Assembly: GCA_963716175.1 (NCBI GenBank)
Contig: OY970296.1
Span: 192,001 to 256,000 of the forward strand
Length of the DNA: 64,000 nucleotides
From: an uncultured Armatimonadetes bacterium
GTDB lineage: Bacteria; Armatimonadota; Hebobacteria; Hebobacterales; Hebobacteraceae
Direction: 5' to 3'
Shown: in pieces, positions 24,957-35,200 of the stretch
How positions within the stretch are numbered: position 1 is the first letter of the stretch
Layout: the number at the start of each line of letters is the position of its first letter
Program-made: the position numbers and the translations under genes
Notes under the pieces: model-generated
Seen by the model: the letters and a program-made list of their open reading frames with translations, nothing else
The model's database searches: none
What the model was told of the DNA's origin: nothing

Positions 24957-27900
24957 TCACCGTTCCGCCTTTGCTATGGTCAGCCGGCCCACGGAGAGAT
25001 TGCGGTCCTCCGGCGGACGGTACTCATCGTTGACATAGGCCAGCGCGATGCGGTGCACGCCCGCCTTCACCTGCGCGCTCGCTCGATAGGTCCGCCAGCC
25101 GCCGGTTCGAAGATCAGCGGTCGCCACCGCCGCTCCATCCACTCGCAGCTCGACCCGTGGGTAGATCCCGCCCAGTGGCGTGCCTGACGCCAGAATCGCG
25201 AAAACATAGCGTCCTTCGGACGCGAATTCGACCTCGGTCTCCAGCACGCCGTTCGTCGCCAGCGTGACGCCTTCCCCGGTCTCCTGGTGCAGCTCCGCGG
25301 TCACGGCCATCTGCGCGGCCGGAATCACCTCACCGGCCTCTGGCTCGAACTCACAGCCCAGGCCGGTGAGAAGCGCCCCGAGGTAGTGCGCGGCCTTGTC
25401 ATCGTTCGACCCGGGGACATCCCACCGCACCTGGTCAGCCACCCACAGCCCTTTCCCCTCCGGCAGCGAGGTCAGCAGGCCCGGGTCGGTGTGGAAGATC
25501 AGGGCCGTAGGCGTGAGAGACGCCGGCGCCCAAGAGATCCAATCCACCCACAGATTTCGGTCTTCGGTGCCGATCTGCAGGTCGTTCACGAAGGCGACCT
25601 TCAGGACATGGTGGCCCGCGGGCAGATTCGCCACTGCGGACAACGTTCTCCAGTCCTGGAAGACCGACGCCGAGCCGACGGGCGAATCGTCCAGCGTGGT
25701 GACGACGCGTGCGTAGGCTCCCTGGGCCGGTGTGCCTCGGGCGCGGATGGCGATCTCGTAGAGGCCGGTGGCGGGAACGGTTATATCCGTCGCTAGTTCT
25801 CCGTTGGTGTAAAGAGCAAGGCACGCGCCGTCGGGCAGGGATTCCGTCTCCATCATCGGCGCTGACACTCGCATCCCCTCCGCTTCCACGCGAACCGTGG
25901 CGCCTGCCGCCCGGTAGGGCCGGGCGACAGGGAAGGCGGCGACGCCGGGCTGCAGCGACGGTGCCCCGAACTCGCTCTCAGGTGGGGGTCCGAACCAGGC
26001 CAGGTCTTGACTGCTGATCCCGGCGGCCGGACCGCTGCGGTCGCTTAGCTTCACCCAGCCATCGCAGCCCTCGGAGAGCGCCACCTCCTGGCGGAGCAGC
26101 TGGCGAGCTGTTCCGAGCGTCTCCGGCATCAGGCCGTGCAGCAGCACTCGCCCGCTCTGGCGCACGAACTGCTGCAGTTGCTGCCGCGCTGCGCCCGCCT
26201 GCGTGAGATCACTTACCAGCAGTTGGCCGAAGCGCGAAAGGGCGGTGGCGTCCTCCGGCAGCCGCAGCTGCTCATAGCGCAGCCCAATCGTAGTGAGAGC
26301 AGCCGCCGTGGTGTCGTCACACACCACTCCCGTCGCCCGGGCCGCAGCCTGCGGTCGGTCCGCGTAAGACAGCAGGTTCCGTACCACCCGGTCGGCGGCC
26401 GGCTCGATCCCATACTTCGCGGTGACGTCGAGCTGGCAGAGCAGCATGCGCCCCTTGCCCAATCGCAGCTCGGCCAGCCCAGTTGTCTCCAGCCCGCGCT
26501 CTCCCCCGCTGTGCACGAGCGGAAGGAGACCGCCCCAGTCCGGCTTCACTATCTCCCGTCGGGCGGCCAGGCCGTCAGGCGCCCAATGGCTGAGATCATC
26601 TGGTTCCAGCCCTTCGAGAACCGGGTGACCAGGGTGAGCGATGAAGCCCATTGTGGAATCATGATCGCTGAGCGCGAGAGGGATCAGCGAGGTGGGATAG
26701 GTAGTCTGCTCGAAGACTATGAGAACGCCTCCCGCGCGCACGAACGCGACCAGCTTGCCCAGGAAGGCATCGGTGCGACCCACCACGGTTCTCCCGGCGG
26801 CCTGGCTCCGGAAAGCTTGCTTGCCGATGACAGCGACGCTGACGCGCCGAAACGCCTCATCCGGCTCGCTCTCGGAGATCGGCAGGCAGGCGACGCCAAG
26901 CTGGCCTAACAGGCGCGTGGAATCGCCGACAGGATCGTACACAGCGACTCGATCCGGCAGGCCTGGCGCCGCACTCACCACCTTAGGCCGATCGTACACC
27001 TTCCATTCCTGGGACGCAGCGAAGCGCCGCTGCGATCCCTCCCACAGCTCGTAGGTGAGCCGAGCCCGCGTCCCGCCCTCGGCGATCTCGGAAACCGGGA
27101 TGTCGACAGGGAGGCGCGTTCGCCCGGCCGCGGGGAGAGGGACCGACTGCGCGCCCTTCACTTCCCACGCTCCCGTGGCAGGCGCCAACCTCCAGCGCAG
27201 TTGCAGGTCGCGCGCTGTGCCGGAATCGTTGAACACCATGAAGGTGCGGAGCACGTGCGCGCCCGCGTAGACGCGCGTGCCCATCTCCCGCGGGAAGGCG
27301 GCGATGGGCTGGTAGGCCCGCCGGTGGGCCTCGGAGCCCACGTTCGGGAATCCGCCCATCTCCCACAGGTTCCACGGGCACATGCCGGCCACGCCCGCGT
27401 CGCGGGCCGCGATCACCTGCATCTCCCAGGCCGCCGCCTTGGCCTTGCGATGGTACTCCGAGACGTCCGGATACGCGGCATCGCCAAAGAACACGCTGGA
27501 GGCGTCCACTTCCCGCTCCGGCACCCACAGGAACTCCCCCAGGTAGAGCGGTTTGCTGCGGCTCCAGTGCCACGGTCGGTTCGGATAGCTGTCGGTCTGA
27601 ATGGTCTGGTCGAACCAGTACGCCGTCTCGGGCCAGAGGTTCCACTTCGGGAACTCGTGCGGGTAGTGCAGGTTGATGATGTCAGCCTTGCCCATCGGAT
27701 CCTCATCGCCCTCGAACATGATCGGCCGTGTCGGATCGAGGCCACGGATCACGTCTGCCAGCGCGGCGACGTTCTGCACGCCGCCGGGAACGGCGTCGCC
27801 TCCGCAGTCGAGCAGCTCGTTTTCCGCGCTCCAGACCACGATTGAGGGGTGATTGCGCTGCAGCTTGATCTGGGCGGCGAGGTGGGCGTGCGCATTCCGC

Positions 27901-29048
27901 CAGAACTCCGGCCGGGTCATCGCGTAGTTCGGCGACAGGCACCACAGCGCCGATTCCCAGATCAGCAGCATGCCAACCTTGTCCGCCGCCTCGTACCACT
28001 GCTCGGGCCAAGGCTGTGCGTGCAAGCGCATCGCGACACATCCCACCGACTTCGCCTGCGCGTAGGCCTGTGCGGGATCAGCGTCATATTCCGACATGGG
28101 GTGCGCGGCGGTGGCGAGCAGATTGATGGGCTGGCCGTTCAGGAGGAGCCGGTCTTTCTCTGTCCAGACCTCGCGGAATCCGAAGCGGACCTCCTGCACA
28201 TCGCGGCCCGACTCCACCACCAGCGTGTAGAGATGAGGGTCGCCGGGTGACCAGAGCTGAGGATCGGCCCAATCCGCAGTCAGCGAGACCGCGGCACTCT
28301 TGCCCGCGGGGACTGTCACCGTTCCGGGCGCCAGCGCAGGCGCGGGACCTCCCTGTGACACCCGGGCTCTCACTGGCACTCGAACCGGGGCCGTGCCCGC
28401 GTTCTTCATGGTGACCTGGACGCGCAGCATGTGCTCTCGCACCGAGGTCGTCACAAACACATCATCCACCCATACCTGCGGCCGCGCCTCCAGAGACACG
28501 CTCTGCCAGATACCCACCTCGGAGCCATGGGAGCCGATGGGAGCGAGAATGCCGTCTTCCACCCAGGAAGCGAACTCAGCCCCGGGCGTGGGCGCAGTAG
28601 CCGTGGTCCCCGGTGCCAACAGCGAGGTCCAGTCCTCCGCCGCCACGAGCAGTTGGTTCTCTCCGCCTGGCACAAGGCAAGAGGTGATATCGCACTCTAC
28701 TGGCTCGTATCCGCCCACATGGCGTCCCACCTCCGCCCGATTCACGAAGGCGCGATGACTGTACTTCACCCCTTGCAGCTTGAGCACGACCTGCCGGTCC
28801 GCCCAAGAGGTCGGCAGTGAGAATGATCGGCGGTACCACACACAGTGCGGGCCCTCCGGTCGCCACGGCAGCACCGAGGGTACCTGAACGGGCTGCCAGG
28901 CCGCGGCCGGACTCGGCGGCAAGGTCGGCTCCCCGTACGCGTACTCCCACTGTCCGTCCAGCGCGACTGACTCGCGCGCCCAGGCCACAGTCGTCACAGT
29001 ACACGAGAGCAGGACTAGACTCACTATGCATCTCAGGGGCCAGTTCAT
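24957..29048 (-). CDS. secreted GH2-family glycoside hydrolase with two C-terminal CBM60-like modules
   Basis: Signal peptide; LDGQW, WYRRSF, WSPGDPHLY, FGFRE, RNHPSIVVWSAENE (acid/base), PLYLGEF (nucleophile); repeated ...VND...EDRNL.V module. Confidence 0.85.
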   Translation of the reverse strand: MNWPLRCIVSLVLLSCTVTTVAWARESVALDGQWEYAYGEPTLPPSPAAAWQPVQVPSVLPWRPEGPHCVWYRRSFSLPTSWADRQVVLKLQGVKYSHRAFVNRAEVGRHVGGYEPVECDITSCLVPGGENQLLVAAEDWTSLLAPGTTATAPTPGAEFASWVEDGILAPIGSHGSEVGIWQSVSLEARPQVWVDDVFVTTSVREHMLRVQVTMKNAGTAPVRVPVRARVSQGGPAPALAPGTVTVPAGKSAAVSLTADWADPQLWSPGDPHLYTLVVESGRDVQEVRFGFREVWTEKDRLLLNGQPINLLATAAHPMSEYDADPAQAYAQAKSVGCVAMRLHAQPWPEQWYEAADKVGMLLIWESALWCLSPNYAMTRPEFWRNAHAHLAAQIKLQRNHPSIVVWSAENELLDCGGDAVPGGVQNVAALADVIRGLDPTRPIMFEGDEDPMGKADIINLHYPHEFPKWNLWPETAYWFDQTIQTDSYPNRPWHWSRSKPLYLGEFLWVPEREVDASSVFFGDAAYPDVSEYHRKAKAAAWEMQVIAARDAGVAGMCPWNLWEMGGFPNVGSEAHRRAYQPIAAFPREMGTRVYAGAHVLRTFMVFNDSGTARDLQLRWRLAPATGAWEVKGAQSVPLPAAGRTRLPVDIPVSEIAEGGTRARLTYELWEGSQRRFAASQEWKVYDRPKVVSAAPGLPDRVAVYDPVGDSTRLLGQLGVACLPISESEPDEAFRRVSVAVIGKQAFRSQAAGRTVVGRTDAFLGKLVAFVRAGGVLIVFEQTTYPTSLIPLALSDHDSTMGFIAHPGHPVLEGLEPDDLSHWAPDGLAARREIVKPDWGGLLPLVHSGGERGLETTGLAELRLGKGRMLLCQLDVTAKYGIEPAADRVVRNLLSYADRPQAAARATGVVCDDTTAAALTTIGLRYEQLRLPEDATALSRFGQLLVSDLTQAGAARQQLQQFVRQSGRVLLHGLMPETLGTARQLLRQEVALSEGCDGWVKLSDRSGPAAGISSQDLAWFGPPPESEFGAPSLQPGVAAFPVARPYRAAGATVRVEAEGMRVSAPMMETESLPDGACLALYTNGELATDITVPATGLYEIAIRARGTPAQGAYARVVTTLDDSPVGSASVFQDWRTLSAVANLPAGHHVLKVAFVNDLQIGTEDRNLWVDWISWAPASLTPTALIFHTDPGLLTSLPEGKGLWVADQVRWDVPGSNDDKAAHYLGALLTGLGCEFEPEAGEVIPAAQMAVTAELHQETGEGVTLATNGVLETEVEFASEGRYVFAILASGTPLGGIYPRVELRVDGAAVATADLRTGGWRTYRASAQVKAGVHRIALAYVNDEYRPPEDRNLSVGRLTIAKAER

Positions 29049-29479
29049 ATCTCGCCTCACGCTTTGCGGGTATGCGAACGGCCAGACGGCATCGCAGCAG
29101 ACTTTGCCGTTACCCACCACTCCCCTGCATATCCCTGGCGAAACCGGCCACCGGTTCCGGTTCGAAGCGCGCGCTGATCTCGCCCCAACGGGAACTCCGT
29201 ATGGGCGAAGGGCATTGGCACGTCGGGAAGCTGGTTGATGAGGGCTCGGAGACCGGGGATCATCGCTTCCCCTTCATGCACAGGGGCAGTACACCCACTC
29301 TTCAGTGTCGCGTCCACGCTTCCCTTGCGCCGAGCGCCTGGCGGTGCCAGATGCCCGTTCTTCCGATGCGGCAGGGTGTGGCTCACGGATCGCCCATCGG
29401 AGTGGCGAGGGGACCAGGGACGGGGGTCAGCGCAGGAGGACTACTGACATGCCGCCTTATGGGGCCGTTGCGACGGACC

Positions 29480-30394
29480 TCATCCTGCTGCCGCCGTCCT
29501 CCCATCAGGCGGATCCGCCGGGACCAGAACCGTCAGGGCCGAGCGCAGGAGGCCGACCTCCACCGGGGTCGTTCCGGCCGGATCGCCGTCCAACTGCAGC
29601 GGAGCCGGGGGCTCGCATTCGAACCGGAACTGACGCGCCCGCAGGTGTGCCACGCCGGGATGAGTGGAATGCCGGCCCCGCAGCACGGCGATAACCTGGC
29701 CGATGCGCTCGGCGGTAGACTGACCGCGGAAAAGGCAGAGGTCGAGCCAGCCATCATCAATGCGGGCCAGTGCGATCCGCCAGCCGTACGTGTACCTGGC
29801 GGCGTTGGCCACCACTGCCAGCCAGGCCTGGGCCTCAACCTGGCGACCGTCGGCCAAGATGCGGAATCGGCTGGGCGGGTAGCTAGGGAGGAGACGCAGC
29901 CCGCTGGTGACATACGCCAGGGAGCCCACGAGCCGCTTGACCGGCCTGGCCACGGCGCGCACCACAGCGGCGTCGAAGCCTATCCCCGCCATCAACGCGA
30001 AGGGCTGGCCATTAGCTATTCCGACGTCCACCCGGCGAGGTATCCCATCCCGCGCCACCGCAATCGCCGCATCCAGCTCGCGGGGAAGGCCCAGCTCGCG
30101 GGCCAGCACATTGACGGAGCCGACTGGAAGGATCGCTAGCGGCACCCCGGTCTCCACGAGCACCGGAAGCGCGGCGTGTATGGTGCCATCGCCGCCGGCT
30201 ACGATTACTCGGACCTGCCCCTCGGGCTCGCGCCGGATTGCCTGTCGGAGCGCGTCGGCGACTGCGCCGACCACGCCGGCCGGGACCGCATGCGTTTCCA
30301 GGCCGGCGTCCTGCAGGCGCTGCGCCAGCCGCACCGGACCCGCTTCGCCGCCGATCCTGCCCGCGTTCGGATTGGCCACCAACAGAGCCTTCAT
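29480..30394 (-). CDS. diacylglycerol/lipid kinase family protein (YegS/BmrU-like)
   Basis: ANPNAG, AGGDGT, LPVGSVNVLARELG, AGIGFDA, DDGWLD, QLDGD. Confidence 0.9.
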   Translation of the reverse strand: MKALLVANPNAGRIGGEAGPVRLAQRLQDAGLETHAVPAGVVGAVADALRQAIRREPEGQVRVIVAGGDGTIHAALPVLVETGVPLAILPVGSVNVLARELGLPRELDAAIAVARDGIPRRVDVGIANGQPFALMAGIGFDAAVVRAVARPVKRLVGSLAYVTSGLRLLPSYPPSRFRILADGRQVEAQAWLAVVANAARYTYGWRIALARIDDGWLDLCLFRGQSTAERIGQVIAVLRGRHSTHPGVAHLRARQFRFECEPPAPLQLDGDPAGTTPVEVGLLRSALTVLVPADPPDGRTAAAG

Positions 30395-30517
30395 CCACCC
30401 TCCACTTCGCGATGACTGGGAACGCCGGCGTAGTCGCGAGCGCGTACGCAGGACGCTGGTTGCGCCGCACGACCGGCGAGTGCCTTGACCGAGGTATGTC
30501 GGTCTATCGAGGCCCCC

Positions 30518-31195
30518 TCAAAGGTCACCACCCCCATCACGGGAGTGTCCACCGAACAGCAGGCATAGGGGAGAGAACGGCAACAGGACAGCATACCAGA
30601 ACATGGCCGGGAGGATGCCGCAGAGGAGACCAGAAGTCAACCCCTGGTCGCGGCCGGGGCGATCGGATGATGCGTGGGAATCCTGGGCGATACGTCGGCT
30701 GAGGCCAGCCCTCAGGTCATTGCTCTGGCGCCGTGCGCCAGACAGCCACGCAGCGACGGCAACCAGGGCCAGCACAGCAATGGACGGACCAAAGCCGAGC
30801 AGCCACTCGCCGAATGGAACATGATACACTGAGCGGATGTGCACCGAGATGAGCCATGCCGTGCCAGGCGAGCGGGCGAGCCACTTGCCAAGCGACGTCA
30901 CGGGGTTCATCAGGTCCAGCATCACTGCGGCGAACGCGCTGCCCAGAATCAACCGCCAGTGACTCTGCCGCCTCGTGATCCAGAACACCAGCGCGAGACC
31001 GATCAGGGCATCGGCCGCAACGATTGCCGCCTTCAGGGGTAATGCCCTGGGGTCTCTGAGGGACAGGTACGCGTGGGGCATAGCGTCGAGCAGGTAATGG
31101 CTGACGAACGCGAGCGGAAGCGCGATCCAGGCCCGGCGCGAGGACCTTCCTATCATCGCTCCCACTGCTATATGCGGCCCTGCCAACATCGCCAT
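30518..31195 (-). CDS. membrane protein, possible metal-dependent hydrolase
   Basis: PH...SHYLLDAMPH motif and several TM helices; RBS GGAGG. Confidence 0.6.
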   Translation of the reverse strand: MAMLAGPHIAVGAMIGRSSRRAWIALPLAFVSHYLLDAMPHAYLSLRDPRALPLKAAIVAADALIGLALVFWITRRQSHWRLILGSAFAAVMLDLMNPVTSLGKWLARSPGTAWLISVHIRSVYHVPFGEWLLGFGPSIAVLALVAVAAWLSGARRQSNDLRAGLSRRIAQDSHASSDRPGRDQGLTSGLLCGILPAMFWYAVLLPFSPLCLLFGGHSRDGGGDL

Positions 31196-31237
31196 CCTCC
31201 TTGTCGCGCGCGTTCCTGGCGCCTGCAGAAGGCGGCA

Positions 31238-32085
31238 TCACGACAGCTCAAGCACGACCACCTCCGGGTGTAGGAACCAGCGCGGTGGGTCAAAGCCCGG
31301 TGTTACCCCGCTCGTGACGTAGACCCAACCCCAAGGTTCTCTGAAGAGCCCAGAGAGATGCGATCGGCCATAGCGCGTGCCCGGTGGAAGCCCGTGACCA
31401 GTGAGGCGGTTGATTCCCCGCAACACGGGCCGAAAGGGCCCCACCATCCCGCCGTGGGTATGGCCGGAGATGATCAGCGCTGCTCGCTGGCCCCGCGGAT
31501 CGAGCGCCGCGTCCGGGTTATGGGAAACCAGCACGATCGGAACGTTCTTCGGCACATTCCGATACGCGGCTTGCCAATCGACTTTGCCTGCCCAAAGGTC
31601 ATTTATGGCCACCAGCGCCAGCCGCGTGTCTCCTTTGCGCAGCATCGCATCTTCGTTGACTAGCACCCGGATGCCGAGAGCCTCCAGCTCTCTTCGCACC
31701 GTTTTCGCGTCGGTCCAGTGCTCGTGATTGCCCTGAACCGCATAGACTCCCAGCGGGGCCTGCATCTCCTCGAACACGGCACGGATATGACGGATGCCGG
31801 GTTTGCCTGAGACGTAGTCACCCAACAGGATGATCGCATCCGGCCTCTGTCGCATGGCCTCCTGGACGGCCTCTCCGCGAGGCCCTTGCCGAAGCCGCCC
31901 ATCGCGATGTGGAAGTCGCCCAAGACGGCGATTCGCAAGGGAGTGGGGATCCCTATGGGCACTCGTACGAAGCTCACGCGCAGCCGCCGCCCGACCACGA
32001 GGCCGGCGATCACGAAGGCGAGCAGAGCGGTGAAAACGATCCGACGCGCAGTGCGCTTGCGTGGGCTGGTCACGCTCCTTGCCAT
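31238..32085 (-). CDS. membrane-anchored metallophosphoesterase (YkuE-like), one apparent frameshift (~31870)
   Basis: GDFH in ORF 31660..32109 joins LGDY, GNHE, SHNPD and SGHTHGG in ORF 31238..31855. Confidence 0.85.
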
Positions 32086-32136
32086 AGGAATCCTCCTCTC
32101 ACTATCCACTCAGACCTGCCCATCTCGGCCTCCATC

Positions 32137-32268
32137 CTAGAGCGCATTTCATCACCTACCTGCGGCCTGGCCGCACCACGCCCTCGCATGAAATGCGCGG
32201 GCCACTGCCTGACGTTGTGCGGTGCTGTTTCGTAACCCTCCCTGGGAAGGTTATGAAACAGGTTCTAG
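32137..32268. mobile_element. miniature inverted-repeat element family B, copy 2, CTAG at both ends
   Basis: CTAG-AGCGCATTTCATCACCT ... AGGTTATGAAACAGGTT-CTAG; same length and closely similar sequence to 9840-9971. Confidence 0.75.
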
Positions 32269-35200
32269 TCATCTCAGCCTCTCCTCGAAGCGGGTGTAGA
32301 GGAGGCTGACCAATAGCAGGAGGAGACCCAGACCGAAGAAGGAGACGATGCGGTAGGGCTGCTCGAGGAAGCTGAGGTCAAAGACGAAGACTTTGACTAT
32401 CGAGAGGTAGAGCAGGCCCATCGCGAACAGGCGCACTGGTCGGGCCCTGCGCCAGATCCCGACGGACAACCCCGCGGACGCGTAGACGCTCCAGAAGATT
32501 GACAGCGACAGCTGCTGGGCGCTGCTGCGCGCGGCTTCGGGCAGCCCGACCGAGCAGTACTGCCACATGTCAACGCTAACGAAGATGAGCGCCAGCGCGT
32601 TCGGGGCCAACGTCAGTATCGGTACCAGGGAGGCCTCGAGCTGGGAGATATCACCCTTTTTCTTCGAGAGCAGCCAGGCTGCGGCCGAGGTTGCGGCGAT
32701 CACCGCCAGACCCGAGAGGAAGCGTGTGTTGAGGAAAAGGCGGAATGGCGCGGCCCCCAGCGTCAGGTCTATGAAGATCAGCTTTGCTGTCGCAAGCACC
32801 AGCAGACCCAAAGCGAAGGCGCGCAGAGGGAGGTTCCGCGACCTGAGCCCTGCCGCCAATGCACCCGCGCCCAGTACGCTCCAGAAGGCGGTGAGCGCAA
32901 GGTGCTGCGCGCCGAGCCGTCCGGGAGAGGGGATGATTATCCCAAGGTAAGCCCACAGGTCCACGCTGACGAACACCAGCGCCAGCAAGTTCGCAGCAAC
33001 GATCAGCGCCGCAGGCAGCGAAGCTTCCCACTCGGAGACGAGATCGCGTCTTCGTGCCAGCAGCCACGCCGAGATCGAGGCCGCCGCGATCACGGCCGCA
33101 CCGGAGAGGAAACGGGAGTTGAGCAATAGATGGAAGGGAACCGGTCTCAGCCAGAGATCCGCGGCCAGCGCCTTGACTGCAGCAAGGGACAAGAGGGCCA
33201 AGGCGAGGGCCCGCAATGGCGGGTTCCGCCGTTGCGTCCCTATCGCCAGAGCGCCTGCCGCGTACACACTCCAGAAGAGTGAGAGCGCGAAGTGCTGGGC
33301 GCTGACACGTCCGGCATAGGGAAGGGCTGCACCAAGGTAGAGCCAGAGGTCAAAGCTGATGAAGACTAGTGAGAGTAGATTTGCCGCGAGCCCAAACAGG
33401 GCGGCGACCACACTCTCCCACTGCGCGAGGTGGTTGCGTCCTCGCGCCAGCAGCCAGGCTGAGACCGAGGCCGCGGCAATCACAGCAGCACCAGAGAGGA
33501 AGCGGGTGTTGAGCAGCAGGCGGAGGGAAGCCGGGCTCAGCCAGAGATCCGCTGCCAACGCCTTCGCTGCCGCGAGCGAGAGCAGGACCACGGCAAGAAC
33601 GCGCAGCGGGAGATTCCGCCTCCGGATTCCTACCGCCAGAGCGCCCGTGGCATACATGCTCCAGAAGAGCGAGAGGGCGAAGTGCTGGACGCTGAGACGG
33701 CCCGCATGAGGAAGGGTTACCCCAAGATAGAGCCACAGGTCGAAGCTGACGAAGACCAACGCGAACACGTTTGCCAGAAGGCCGAGCACTGTCGGAATCC
33801 CGGTCTCCCACTTTGCGAGAACGTTCCGCCCCCGTGTCAGCAGCCAGGCCGAGATCCCGGCCGCGGCTGTGACGGCGGCCCCTGACAACATGCGCGTGTT
33901 GAGCAGGAGATGGAAGGGAGCCGGACTCAGCCAGAGATCGCTAACTAGCGCTTTGGCCGCGGCAAGCGATAACAGCGCCAGAGCGAAGGCGCGGCAGAGG
34001 GAGGTTGCGCCTGCGGATTCCTATCGCAAAGGCGCTCCCGGCGAACGCGCTCCAGTACAAGCAGAGCGAGAAGTGCTGGATACTAGCACGCCCGGCATCA
34101 GGGAGAGTCGCGCCGAGGTAGAGCCAGAGGTCAAAGCTGACGAAGACCAGCGCGAACACGTTTGCCAGAAGGCCGAGCACTGTCGAAATCCCGGTCTCCC
34201 ACTTTGCGAGAACGTTCCGCCCCCGCGTCAGCAGCCAGGCCGAGATCCCGGCCGCGGCTGTGACGGCGGCCCCTGAGAACAGGCGCGTGTTGAGCAGGAG
34301 ATCGAAGGGAGCCGGACTCAGCCAGAGATCGCTAACTAGCGCTTTGACCGCGGCGAGCGACAGCAGCGCCAGAGCGAAGACGCGCAGAGGGAGGTTGCGC
34401 CTGCGGATTCCTATCGCAAAGGCGCTCCCGGCGAACGCGCTCCAGTACAAAGAGAGCGAGAAGTGCTGCGCGCTGAGACGGCCGGCCTCAGCCCAGGTTC
34501 GACCCGGAAGCGCCCATAGCTCTAGACTAGGGAAGATCACGGCATAGACGGTCGCCATCAGCAGGAAGAAAGCGGGCAGGGGCCTCTCATCCTCGGCTAG
34601 CGAGGCCCGCGCTCGCGACAGCAGCCACGACACGAGATAGGCCGCCGCGATCACTGCGGCCCCGGACAGCATGCGCTGGTTGAGAAACAGCGGAAGCGCC
34701 CTGGATAGGTCGAGATCCAGCATGAGCGCTTTGGCGCCAGCCAGAAGCAGCACGACTGTGCCGTACCAGCGCGTCCACAGGGACCTCGTCCTGATTCCGA
34801 CGAACACAAGCGCAGCGGCTTCGAGTGCCCAAGCCACGGTGATGGCGCTGCCCTCGAGCTGGAGCGGGATAGCGACTGTGCCAAAGGTCAGGGCAAGAAA
34901 CAGGTAGATGGACCGCCGGAGGGGCTCATCTCCTGCCCTACGCATAAGGACCCCGCCGACCAGGCCGTGGTAGGCCGCCAGCGCCGTCGCGCAGCCGGCA
35001 AGAAGGACGAGGCCTTGGTACTGGCTCTCGCCAGCGACAACTGCGAGCAGCGCGAACAAGATGACCGCGTTACCCCAGGCTCCAACCAAGTCGCCGCGGT
35101 AGCCCGGCAGACTGGTGGCGCGCCGCAGCGCTACCCAAGTCCCGGATACGAGTACGAATTCGGCGAGGAACAGAGCGGTCGCCGTGCGAGCCGGCCAGGC

